Positions 10,578 to 19,881 of a stretch of 64,000 bases of DNA are shown here, in pieces (the first letter of the stretch is position 1; every line of letters starts with the position of its first letter). A program made the position numbers and the translations under genes. The notes under the pieces were generated by a model. The model had not been told where the DNA came from, did not search any database, and saw nothing but the letters and a program-made list of their open reading frames with translations. The DNA comes from an uncultured Candidatus Binatia bacterium (GTDB taxonomy: Bacteria; Desulfobacterota; Binatia; UBA9968; CAXXLF01), in the NCBI GenBank assembly GCA_965218425.1, contig OZ244621.1:544001-608000 (forward strand), read 5' to 3'.

Positions 10578-11527
10578 GTCCATTTGGATGCCGACTCCAT
10601 AATGGCCCCAAGGCTTTGGGGACTGTCCACGTTTTTTGATTCCAGGCTAGAATCTATCCGTTTGATCAGGCCACAGAGCACTTTTCCCGGCCCGATCTCC
10701 AAAACACGCTGGCAGCCCAACTCCTTCAGGCGCTTGACCGATTCCTCCCACCGAACCGGACTCACCACTTGCTCCACCAGGAGGGAAACAATCCGGCCAG
10801 GATCCGAATTGACCTCCGCCTCCACGTTGGTAACAACTCCAATGGCAAGGGGCTTCACCTTCACGTCGGCCAGAACTTGTTTCAGCCCGTCGGATGCGGG
10901 TTGCATGAGTGGACAGTGAAATGGGGCACTCACGGGAAGTTCCAATGTCCTCTTGGCCCCTTTTTGCGATGCCAAGGTCATGGTTCGAAGGACGGCATCC
11001 CGCTTTCCCGCAATGACGACTTGCCCACCACCGTTGAGGTTGGCCAGAGACACCACTTCACCCTGTCCTGCCTCATCGCAAACCGATTGAAGGACGGGTG
11101 CTTCCAAACCCAGGATCACGGCCATGAGCCCTTCACCCTGGGGGACAGCCCGCTGCATCATACGGCCACGTTCACGCACGGTTCTCAGGGCATCGCTAAA
11201 ACTGAGGGCACCCGAGCAAACCAACGCACTGTATTCCCCCAAGCTATGGCCGGCAACAAATTGAGGTCTTACGGGAGATTCCGATTCAAGGGAACGCAGG
11301 GCGGCAATGGACACGGTCAGAATGGCCGGCTGGGTATTCTCTGTTAGGACGAGCTCCTCATTGGGGCCGGAAAAGCATAGACGCTTCAGCGGCAGCTCCA
11401 ACACATCTTCCGCCTCTTCAAAAACTTCCTTCGCGGCGCTGAACTGATTGCAAAGCTCCTGGCCCATTCCCACAGTCTGGGAGCCCTGCCCGGGAAAGAC
11501 AAACGCGACTTCAGCTTTTTCCGCCAC
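10574..11527 (-). CDS. fabD: Malonyl-CoA:ACP transacylase
   Basis: FPGQGSQ, TQPA, GHSLGEY, SAPFH. Start uncertain (GTG 11527 or ATG 11542). Confidence 0.96.
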   Translation of the reverse strand: MAEKAEVAFVFPGQGSQTVGMGQELCNQFSAAKEVFEEAEDVLELPLKRLCFSGPNEELVLTENTQPAILTVSIAALRSLESESPVRPQFVAGHSLGEYSALVCSGALSFSDALRTVRERGRMMQRAVPQGEGLMAVILGLEAPVLQSVCDEAGQGEVVSLANLNGGGQVVIAGKRDAVLRTMTLASQKGAKRTLELPVSAPFHCPLMQPASDGLKQVLADVKVKPLAIGVVTNVEAEVNSDPGRIVSLLVEQVVSPVRWEESVKRLKELGCQRVLEIGPGKVLCGLIKRIDSSLESKNVDSPQSLGAIMESASKWT

Positions 11528-12638
11528 CCTCGGTCTCTCCATCTTTCGTTTGATCCGCGGGCTTGTCACCTAGAGTGTCGATCTTTGACCTGATTTGCCG
11601 CCAGACCCTGCGGGTAAGCTTCTTTTCCATACCTTCCCCGCCGTCGCTGAGACTCTCAAGGGAATCTGTAATGTGCCGGTTCACGTCCTGTGAGATGGTC
11701 TCCTTCGCCACGCGAATGGCGTTCTTGACGGCCTTGGGTGACGACCCGCCATGGGCAATGATCACCACTCCGTTCAACCCGATTAATGGGGCGCCCCCGT
11801 ACTCCGCATAATCCATCCGGTGATAGGCCGCCCGCAAGGAACTACGACTCATCAAAAGGCCCAGGCGGCTCAGTTGACTCTGCTGAAAGGCGTCCTTCAA
11901 TACATTCACCACCCAACTGGCTACTCCTTCCACCGTCTTGAGAACCACGTTGCCGGTAAAACCATCGCAGACCACCACGTCCACGCTGTTGTTAGTAATA
12001 TCGCGACCTTCCACATAGCCGATGCAGTTCAACGAAGTTTGGCGAAGCTGCTCGTTGGCTGCCCGGGTGAGTTCCGTCCCCTTTCCGTCTTCCTCTCCGT
12101 TACTCAGAACCCCCACACGGGGACGCGAAACGGATAGCACCTTCTCCGAATAGATGGAACCCATAACACCGAACTGCAGCAGATGGTGCGGCTTACATTC
12201 AGTGTTGGCGCCGCCATCGATCATCACGGGACCCTTATTGGGAGTGGCGGGAAGAACAACCAGGATAGCCGGTCTTTCAACGTAGGGAAGTTTTCCCAGG
12301 AGAATCATCCCCATGGCCATCATTGCACCCGAGTTTCCCGCACTCACCACCGCTTCCACCTCTCCTCGTTTCATCAGCTCAAAGGCCACCCGCATGGAAG
12401 TGTCTTTCTTTTTCAGGCTGCTGCTGGGAGACGCGCTCATGGCTACGGTTTGTGAGGCGTGCACGATCTTGACACCGGGATGGTTCAACAGGCGGCCCTT
12501 CAACTCTCGCTCCACCGCATCCTTTTGACCCACCAGGACCACCTCGACATCGAGCTCATTTGCGGCAAGAACCGCGCCCTCAACCACTGAACTGGGGGCA
12601 CGATCGCCGCCCATCGCATCAACGGCAATCCGTATCAT
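11511..12638 (-). CDS. plsX: Phosphate acyltransferase PlsX
   Basis: IAVDAMGGD, SAGNSGA, DGFTGNVVLK, YGGAPLIG, AHGGS. Confidence 0.97.
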   Translation of the reverse strand: MIRIAVDAMGGDRAPSSVVEGAVLAANELDVEVVLVGQKDAVERELKGRLLNHPGVKIVHASQTVAMSASPSSSLKKKDTSMRVAFELMKRGEVEAVVSAGNSGAMMAMGMILLGKLPYVERPAILVVLPATPNKGPVMIDGGANTECKPHHLLQFGVMGSIYSEKVLSVSRPRVGVLSNGEEDGKGTELTRAANEQLRQTSLNCIGYVEGRDITNNSVDVVVCDGFTGNVVLKTVEGVASWVVNVLKDAFQQSQLSRLGLLMSRSSLRAAYHRMDYAEYGGAPLIGLNGVVIIAHGGSSPKAVKNAIRVAKETISQDVNRHITDSLESLSDGGEGMEKKLTRRVWRQIRSKIDTLGDKPADQTKDGETEGGGKS

Positions 12639-12656
12639 GGATCGAAAATGAGGTTT

Positions 12657-12839
12657 TTACGCCTCTTCGGTAGGCAGCACGGCTTTACCACGATAATGGC
12701 CGCAGCTGGGGCACACACGATGTCGGGCCGTGGTCTCTCCACACTTGGGACACACGCTCCACTGGGGTGCCACCAGGCCGTCGTGGGACCTGCGCTTGTT
12801 TTTTTTACTCTTTGAGGTTCTTCTTTTCGGTACTGGCAT
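12657..12839 (-). CDS. rpmF: 50S ribosomal protein L32
   Basis: MPVPKRRTSKS, CPKC, HRVCPSCGHY. Confidence 0.97.
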   Translation of the reverse strand: MPVPKRRTSKSKKNKRRSHDGLVAPQWSVCPKCGETTARHRVCPSCGHYRGKAVLPTEEA

Positions 12840-12901
12840 CTAAAATTTTCCTTCCTGGCTACTATAGGACACAGGAGACTCAACAGACGAGCCCGGGAAG
12901 G

Positions 12902-13432
12902 CTATTGATTCAACCTCAGGTTTCGGAAGAAGGCCATTCGAGGATCACCTGATTGGGCGGGACATGGACAGGACTCATGGTTGAGATTCACGCCACAGCT
13001 CGGGCAAAGCCCCTGACAACCCTCGTCGCATAGTGGACGCATGGGAAGCGCCAAAAGTACCTGTTCACTAATAAATGGGGATAGATTGATCTCCTCAGAC
13101 GTATAAAAGCTCAGCCCCATCTCATCCCGGTTTAATCCCCTACTCTTGGCAGGCGGTGGTTCGGGAGTCAAAACGAAGTCGAAGTCTTTTTCCAGAGGAA
13201 AGGAATAGTACCTGAGACAACGACTGCAGCAACCCTCTATCACCGCGTCTAAGTACCCCTGAAAGAACAGGTCCTGGCCAGATCGATAATAAGAAAGTTT
13301 TACGTTCAGAAAGGGTGGGAACCGAAAGTCTCCCCGCTTTTGACCCTGATCGTTCCGGCACAAAGCCTCTAACCCTTCCTCAAATTGAATCTCCTTAAAC
13401 GACTCTGTGATCTGGTTTGCGGCTATCTTCAA
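12902..13432 (-). CDS. yceD: DUF177/YceD family protein
   Basis: CSRCL and LCDEGCQGLCPSCGVNLN motifs, C-terminal DPR, located upstream of rpmF. Confidence 0.93.
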   Translation of the reverse strand: MKIAANQITESFKEIQFEEGLEALCRNDQGQKRGDFRFPPFLNVKLSYYRSGQDLFFQGYLDAVIEGCCSRCLRYYSFPLEKDFDFVLTPEPPPAKSRGLNRDEMGLSFYTSEEINLSPFISEQVLLALPMRPLCDEGCQGLCPSCGVNLNHESCPCPAQSGDPRMAFFRNLRLNQ

Positions 13433-13464
13433 GAAACAGCCCCGCCGTACGAAATACAGGCATG

Positions 13465-13493
13465 AGTATTCAGGATTTTCCCACTGATGTCAA
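13465..13493 (-). promoter_or_regulatory. Sigma70-type promoter candidate for the yceD-rpmF-plsX-fab operon
   Basis: TTGACA-N17-AATACT on the minus strand. Confidence 0.55.
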
Positions 13494-13529
13494 GCAGACA
13501 AGATCCCCCTCTGAATGCCTCAAAACAAC

Positions 13530-13704
13530 CGGCGTCTTGGCTACTTGCCGGAGAATCCCCCCCTCGTATTCGGATATGACGGTCAGTTCCTATCCAAAGT
13601 TCGTGGCACGCATAAAAGGAGTCCCAAAGTCCGGTGTCCGCCCTGCCCTGGATGCCACCCTGGAAAAATGCTCCTTGGAAAAGGTGACCAAGCGGGTGGG
13701 AAGC
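13530..13704 (+). pseudogene. Frameshifted internal fragment of an ABC-2 (GldA-like) ATP-binding gene
   Basis: RRLGYLPENPPL in one frame continues after a 1-nt shift as YSDMTVSSYPKFVARIKGVPKSGVRPALDATLEKCSL. No Walker A or B. Confidence 0.65.
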
Positions 13705-13855
13705 TCCACTGTATACACCATCGACTCCATCTCCTATAATCAGATAAATAAGACCGCCAGCGATTTCTTGGATCGTGGCTAACCCTGTCCCGGGCACAAA
13801 GTACAGGTCTCCCTTGAGAACAGAGGGGCTTTCTGTTAACGATCGTCAATACACA

Positions 13856-14839
13856 ATGAGTCTTCCTTCTGACCTATACGAAAGGTGGAGTGGCAATCGC
13901 TATAACTCCTTCAACCGAGTTCTCAAAGAGAACTTCCATCGAAAGGTCCATAAGGTAAGTGTCAGAACAGACTTCACCTGCCCCAATCGAGATGGAAAGG
14001 TGGCCGTGGGAGGCTGCACCTACTGCAACAACTCGAGCCACACGCCGGAGAGATACAGGCCCCGGGTACCCATCAGGGAGCAGATGGCCCAGGGGATGCA
14101 AGCCGTACGTCGCCGCCACAAGGCCGAGAAGTTCATCGCCTATTTCCAAAGCTACACCAACACCTATGGTTCCGTATCTAAACTGGAAAACCTCTATCGC
14201 GAAGCCTTGGATCATCCCGATGTGGTGGGTCTCTCGGTGGCCACCCGTCCCGACTGCGTTCCGGATGACGTCCTGAACCTCCTGGCCGATGTATCACAGG
14301 AAACTTACCTCTGGTTGGAGCTGGGGCTGGAGTCCATGTATGACAAGACCCTTCGATGGGTCAACCGAGGACATGGAGTGAAGGAATTCATCGACGCAGT
14401 GGAAAGGACCAAGGCAAGGGACCTGAGGCTCTGCGTCCACTTGATCCTTGGATTTCCCACAGAAAGCCGCGCGGAGATCCTCGACACCGCGGGGTTTCTC
14501 AACTGGATGGGGATCGATGGCATTAAGCTTCACAACCTTCACGTCATCAAGAACACCGCCCTGGAAAAAATCTACCTCCAGGGAAACTTTGAACTTTTGA
14601 GCAAAGAGGATTATATATCTCTCCTCATTGAATTTGTTGAGCTCCTGTCTCCACAGATCGTGATTCACCGGCTCACCGGCGAGACCTATCGGGCCCTCAC
14701 CGTGGCGCCGGATTGGTCCCCCAACAAGATCGGTATGCACAACGAGATCCGTAGAGAACTGGAGCGAAGGAACACCTGGCAGGGAAAGCTCCATAGGGGA
14801 TTTCCTTCGCAGAGTGTCATGGAGGGCGTGTCGCTGTGA
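13856..14839 (+). CDS. TIGR01212 family radical SAM protein (YhcC/YtqA-like)
   Basis: FTCPNRDG...GGCTYC, IAYFQSYTNTY, ATRPDC, ELGLES, NRGH, GIKLHNLH. Confidence 0.92.
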   Translation: MSLPSDLYERWSGNRYNSFNRVLKENFHRKVHKVSVRTDFTCPNRDGKVAVGGCTYCNNSSHTPERYRPRVPIREQMAQGMQAVRRRHKAEKFIAYFQSYTNTYGSVSKLENLYREALDHPDVVGLSVATRPDCVPDDVLNLLADVSQETYLWLELGLESMYDKTLRWVNRGHGVKEFIDAVERTKARDLRLCVHLILGFPTESRAEILDTAGFLNWMGIDGIKLHNLHVIKNTALEKIYLQGNFELLSKEDYISLLIEFVELLSPQIVIHRLTGETYRALTVAPDWSPNKIGMHNEIRRELERRNTWQGKLHRGFPSQSVMEGVSL

Positions 14840-15744
14840 ACGGACGACTCGGTTTGATTCATTCCGTATTGCCGGCCACGGTGGATCTCCAAACCACCAT
14901 ACCGGAGTCTCACCCCTCCGCCCGCAACCTGGGAACAGAACGCATAGGATCCGGCACCCTGGTGGATTCGGATGGATATATTCTTACCGTCAACTACGTG
15001 GTGAACGGAGCGAATTCCATTACGGTCACCATGTTTGATGGAGAAAAGCTCACGGGAGACCTGACAGCCCAGGACCCGGAGTCCGGCCTGGCACTGGTAA
15101 AGGTTGCGGGTAAAGACTTTCCCTACATGCGACCGGCCCCCGCAGAGGAGCTCACAATGGGCCAAGCGGCCTTCATCGTTGCCAGTGCCGGCAATACGGG
15201 GAGACGAGTGCACGGAGGATACGTAACCTCTTTGGATCCTTACGACGGCCAGTGGGAATACCTCCTGGAAAAGGGCATCCATTTGAGCGCCTTCAATCCC
15301 GGCTTTGGAGGAGGGACCCTGGTGGACTTCAAGGGCCGCATGATGGGCGTGTGTGCCTACAACTTGAACGAGTTGGCAAAGTTTTCCCTGTCCATCCCTA
15401 TAGAGTTCTACCTCCAGAACGAGCAGGAGCTAAAACAGCACGGCAGGGTCCAGAGCCGCGCCCCCCGCCCCTGGTTGGGTATCTACGCTCAGCTCTATGC
15501 AGGTCACCTGGTGGTCTCCGGAGTGACCCCCGGCGGACCTGCCGAACAGGGCGGGCTGAAAGAGGGGGACATCATCCTTGGAGTGGAAGACAAGCCTGTG
15601 AAGACCCGTCCGGATCTCTACCGTGAGATGTGGAAGAAAAGACCGGGAGAGAAGATCTCGTTCAAAATTCTCAGAGAGGAGGAATCGGTCAATATAGACG
15701 TGGTGGGCGTAAACCGAAGGGAATACGATCGCACTTCCCGCTGA
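14836..15744 (+). CDS. HtrA/S1C-like trypsin-fold plus PDZ protein lacking the catalytic triad
   Basis: GSGTLVDSDGYILTVNYVV, DPESGLALVKV, NPGFGGG, and a PDZ domain (PWLGI, GPAEQGGLKEGDII). Confidence 0.85.
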   Translation: MNGRLGLIHSVLPATVDLQTTIPESHPSARNLGTERIGSGTLVDSDGYILTVNYVVNGANSITVTMFDGEKLTGDLTAQDPESGLALVKVAGKDFPYMRPAPAEELTMGQAAFIVASAGNTGRRVHGGYVTSLDPYDGQWEYLLEKGIHLSAFNPGFGGGTLVDFKGRMMGVCAYNLNELAKFSLSIPIEFYLQNEQELKQHGRVQSRAPRPWLGIYAQLYAGHLVVSGVTPGGPAEQGGLKEGDIILGVEDKPVKTRPDLYREMWKKRPGEKISFKILREEESVNIDVVGVNRREYDRTSR

Positions 15745-15782
15745 CGTCTCCCCCGTCTCCTTCTGTAACTCCCCTTTCACTC

Positions 15783-16256
15783 ATGGGCGAAAATAACAGC
15801 CAAAATAGCTACCGCGTACTTTATCGTGTCATTTACGGTGACACCGATCAGATGGGAGTTAGCTACTACGCCAATTATCTGAAGTGGTTCGAGATGGGCA
15901 GGAACGATTTCATGCGAAAGATCGGAACGCCGTACACTTCCGTTGAAAAGAGCGGACTCATGTTTCCGGTCATCGAGGTTTCCTGCCGCTACCACCACCC
16001 CGCCCGCTACGATGATGAAGTCATAATCGAGACCAGCCTCACCGAGCTGGCGCCAGTGTCTCTGATCTTTTCCTATCGACTCCAGCGTAAAGACGACGAC
16101 CAGCTCCTCGCCACGGGCTGGACCAAGCACGCCTGCGTAGACCGCGAAGGTCAGATCACCAAGATGCTGCCGGACATGTTGGACAAGATGAAGGCCTCAC
16201 TCCCCCTGTCCGCCTCTACCCCACAGAAAAAAAAGAAATCAGTCAGAACGTTTTAA
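15783..16256 (+). CDS. Acyl-CoA thioesterase, YbgC/FadM family
   Basis: YGDTDQMGVSYYANYLKWFEMGR, YHHPARYDD. Confidence 0.92.
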   Translation: MGENNSQNSYRVLYRVIYGDTDQMGVSYYANYLKWFEMGRNDFMRKIGTPYTSVEKSGLMFPVIEVSCRYHHPARYDDEVIIETSLTELAPVSLIFSYRLQRKDDDQLLATGWTKHACVDREGQITKMLPDMLDKMKASLPLSASTPQKKKKSVRTF

Positions 16257-16343
16257 CCCCGATCCGACAAAGTGTAGCTCCAGACCATTTACCCATTATC
16301 CGTGGGGGTTAGGACTTGTCGTCAAAGTTAGAGCACGGCATTG

Positions 16344-17495
16344 TTAATTCTGTCGGTTGGGGGCCAAGGCGTTCTGGATCTCTTCCCTCACCTCCAACTC
16401 CGTCTCAACTTCCAAGCGTTCTTGAAGTGCCTCACGCGCATCGTCAGATTTAATTTTTCCCAACGCCCAGGCCACATGCTGCCGGACCAGGGGTTCGTGA
16501 TCCTGAAGTGCTTTACTCAACGCCGGCACGGCCTCAGGACTTTGAAGGTTTCCCAACGCCACCGCTACGTTGCGCAGAAATCCACGCCGCTTCGCCCTCA
16601 ATACGGGAGAGCCATGAAAGAGTCGTTTGAAATCCTGATCGTTGAGGGAAAGCATGGGGATAAGTTCCGGAGCCAACAGACCTTCCCGTGGGGAATATGC
16701 CGCTTCACCAGTCGGCTTTGCTTTAACATTGTAAGGACAGACTTCCTGGCAGATGTCGCAGCCAAAAACATGGTTCCCCATGAGGGGACGTAGATGCTGC
16801 GGAACGGCACCCTTCAATTCGATGGTGAGATACGAGATACAGCGCCGCGCGTCCAAAACATAAGGACCCACAAAAGCCCTGGTGGGACAGGCCTTAAGGC
16901 AGAGATCGCAGCTCCCGCACCGATCCCTGATTGGCTTGTCGTATTCCAGCTCTATATTAAGGAAGAGCTCCCCCAGAAAGAACCACGAACCTTTCTGGGG
17001 CGAGATGAGCATCGTATTCTTACCGATCCAACCGATCCCCGCCACCCCCGCCAGGTCCCTTTCCAGCACAGGCCCCGAATCGACAAACGCCCTGCCCTCC
17101 ACAGGCTCGGGCAACGCCTCCTTTATAATGTTAAGGAGCTTATTAAGCCTCTCCTTGATAATATCGTGATAATCATCACCCCAAGCATAACGCGAGATCC
17201 AGCCCTTCAGTCCATCCGGCTCCGTCCTCTTCGCCGGGGTTTCATAGTTCATCCCCACTGAAACAACCGACACCGCCCCCGGAACCAGCTTGCCCGGTTC
17301 CCTCCTCATCTCCTCCGTCCTTTTCATATAGGCCAGTTCCCCTCCAAACCCCCTCCTCAACCACTCCGCAAAGCTCTCCTCATGGGGCGGCGCCTTCACC
17401 GGCGACACCCCCACCAGCGCAAACCCCAACCTCTGCGCCTCTTCCTTTATAAAAGAGGTCAACCCCGCCATATCTCTGTGCTTTTCAACTCTCAT
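16344..17495 (-). CDS. queG: tRNA epoxyqueuosine(34) reductase
   Basis: SRYAWGDDYH, GWIGKN, CGSCDLCLKACP, CISYLTIE, GCDICQEVCP, C-terminal HEAT-like repeats. Confidence 0.97.
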   Translation of the reverse strand: MRVEKHRDMAGLTSFIKEEAQRLGFALVGVSPVKAPPHEESFAEWLRRGFGGELAYMKRTEEMRREPGKLVPGAVSVVSVGMNYETPAKRTEPDGLKGWISRYAWGDDYHDIIKERLNKLLNIIKEALPEPVEGRAFVDSGPVLERDLAGVAGIGWIGKNTMLISPQKGSWFFLGELFLNIELEYDKPIRDRCGSCDLCLKACPTRAFVGPYVLDARRCISYLTIELKGAVPQHLRPLMGNHVFGCDICQEVCPYNVKAKPTGEAAYSPREGLLAPELIPMLSLNDQDFKRLFHGSPVLRAKRRGFLRNVAVALGNLQSPEAVPALSKALQDHEPLVRQHVAWALGKIKSDDAREALQERLEVETELEVREEIQNALAPNRQN

Positions 17496-17695
17496 ACCCA
17501 GAGCTTATTCTACTTCCTTTTGTAGTAAAAAACCCAAAGAAAAACCGGATAGTGGTCGAGCTATAATCAAAAAATATGGAAATAGGAAATAGGTAGGTGT
17601 GCCCTTTCGTAAATCTCCAACGAAAGGCTGCCTGGGCAAACAGGCAGAGAAAAGATACGCCAATGATAGGTCGTCATACGAAAGAAAAAGGTAAA

Positions 17696-18229
17696 ATGAA
17701 TAGGGTTTATGTCGCACGACATGGCCAATCGACATGGAATAGGGATGGGCGATGGGCTGGCCACGCTGATCCCCCATTAACTGACCTGGGTCGTCTTCAA
17801 GCCAAAGAATCCTGTAAAGCTCTCGGCAAATTCCCATTCACTTGTGTGGGTAGCTCGTGTCTCCAGCGAGCAAGGGAAACCGCGTCCATCATGGCAAACG
17901 AGATGGGTATAGCCTTATTGGAACCCTTGGCCGACCTCAATGAACGCCATTTTGGCGAAATAAGCGGATTAACTGCGCAAGAGATCGAACAAAAATACCC
18001 TGAGTTGATGAAAGAGTGGCGGGTTGGTAATCCAGTTGAAATACCGGGTGGAGAACCATGGCAAGAATTTGTTGAGCGAGTATTTAGCGGCCTAAGACAA
18101 CTGTCAACACTACAGGGGAACATTCTAGTCATCGCTCATATTGGCGTGCTTCGAGCTATTGAATATAATCTAGGTGAGACAAGGAGGCGGCACAGAAACC
18201 TCGACGGTATGTGGGTAGACGCTGTCTGA
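17696..18229 (+). CDS. Histidine phosphatase family protein
   Basis: ARHGQS, LQRARETA, LNERHFG, PGGE, IAH. Confidence 0.9.
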   Translation: MNRVYVARHGQSTWNRDGRWAGHADPPLTDLGRLQAKESCKALGKFPFTCVGSSCLQRARETASIMANEMGIALLEPLADLNERHFGEISGLTAQEIEQKYPELMKEWRVGNPVEIPGGEPWQEFVERVFSGLRQLSTLQGNILVIAHIGVLRAIEYNLGETRRRHRNLDGMWVDAV

Positions 18230-18355
18230 CAACTCGTCCCATCCTGATGGAGGTCATAATAGGACCAGGTCTGACATCGCAGCAATTTTTGGGTTGCTAC
18301 ACTCTGACTTCTTCTCATTGAACACCTAGAGTCGCGCTAAACCTACGCCTACTCG

Positions 18356-18862
18356 ATGATCAGCACACCTTACGATCATATCGCCGACCAATTCAGCGCG
18401 GCACGCGCTAAGCTTCAGCCGAAGGAAGCAGAATATCTTGACGCGCTGCTCGACTCCCTGGAAGCCGGCGGAACGATACTCGACCTTGGTTGCGGCACCG
18501 GACATCCAATTGCCACCCATATCGTTTCCAGGGGACATCTTCAACCCATGGTCCAGAAGTTCCATCGCTGGCTCAAGCCCGGCGGCCGTACGATGGTCAG
18601 CGGCGGCGGGGTGGTGGTGGATCATGGAAGCGGTTTTACCGACACCATGTTCGGTCACGAATTCTTTTATGATAGCCTGCCGCCTGACCGTATAGTTGCA
18701 ACCATCCAAGAAACGGGACTCGATATTGTTATTGCCGAGATATGCGAGGAGCCGGACGGGGCCCGAAACAGGGGCAAGTGGGCAATCGTCGCATCGCGCA
18801 AGGCCCAAGCCGGCGCCGCAGCCTTCGGAAGCCAGCTCAAAGAATGCACACGGGACCTATGA
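18356..18862 (+). pseudogene. Class I SAM-dependent methyltransferase with an apparent internal in-frame deletion
   Basis: ILDLGCGTG is followed within about 20 aa by RWLKPGG; the intervening core strands are absent. Confidence 0.6.
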
Positions 18863-18866
18863 AATG

Positions 18867-19814
18867 CTAGTCAAGTTTTTGCACCTTGTCGCCGATTAGG
18901 AATTTCATCCCGTCGTTTCCGACAACAAGCGGTCCTTTATAGTATTGCCGTGTGGCCTTGATCAGCTCCTCTTCGCCACCTCCACCCCAGATAATGTGCG
19001 AATAGACGGCGAGTTTGGGCTTAACTCGATTGAAAACGACCCCTGCTTCATCCGGACCAGTATGGTGCGAGCCGCGACGACCACCGTCTTTTCGCCGGGT
19101 CACGTGTACTTCGTGGATGAGCATGTCGACGCCTTTTGCATATTTGATGAGATTTTCTGAAAATCGCGTGTCACCGGATACTGCTAGCGAGCGCCCCTTG
19201 TAGTCGACCCGGTAGCCTAAAGCGGGAAATTCGCTGCGTGATTCAGGGCCGAAGCGCGGCGGCCAGTGATCGACATTAAAAGCTGTGACCTTGACACCGT
19301 CTTCATCGAAGACAACACTTTGCACCACGTCCGTTGCCTGGACTTTTGGAGGAGAGCGACGACGGTTGGAACGATACCTTAAATCCCAATCAAAGGCATT
19401 ACGGATATGAAACATCATCTGCTTGGTGCCTTTGGGTCCCCAGATTCGTATGGGCGTCCGGCGTCCGAATGTCCAACCGGTAATGAAGATATCCGCAAGG
19501 TCCGTGACGTGATCGGAATGCAGGTGCGTGATAAAAATCTTGTCCACATGGGCTAAATAGTCACGCCCTAATTCACTCAAACGAATCACTAGCCCGCGTC
19601 CCGCATCGAAAACCAAGAGTTTGCCGTTGGCTTCGACCAATGTAGTTGTATTCATGCGCTTGGCAATCATATTGCGGCCGCCACCTCCCGGTCCACCCCC
19701 CGTGCCAAGCAGCGTGGCCCGAATGGTTCCTGGGGGCGGGGGCTCCACGGCCGGCAAAGTACACACTACGCATAGGGTAGCCAGTGCTGTCCCCATGGCG
19801 GATTTTCCAATCAT
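18867..19814 (-). CDS. Exported MBL-fold metallohydrolase (RNase Z/arylsulfatase-like)
   Basis: LLGTG, FDAG, THLHSDH, SGDT, IHE, HHT, YSH; hydrophobic N-terminus. Confidence 0.85.
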   Translation of the reverse strand: MIGKSAMGTALATLCVVCTLPAVEPPPPGTIRATLLGTGGGPGGGGRNMIAKRMNTTTLVEANGKLLVFDAGRGLVIRLSELGRDYLAHVDKIFITHLHSDHVTDLADIFITGWTFGRRTPIRIWGPKGTKQMMFHIRNAFDWDLRYRSNRRRSPPKVQATDVVQSVVFDEDGVKVTAFNVDHWPPRFGPESRSEFPALGYRVDYKGRSLAVSGDTRFSENLIKYAKGVDMLIHEVHVTRRKDGGRRGSHHTGPDEAGVVFNRVKPKLAVYSHIIWGGGGEEELIKATRQYYKGPLVVGNDGMKFLIGDKVQKLD

Positions 19815-19881
19815 TGAATTTCCTCTCACAGTAAACGGTTCGATCGATAGGTGCCGCTCCGCCGTCGCGGCGGGGTGACTG

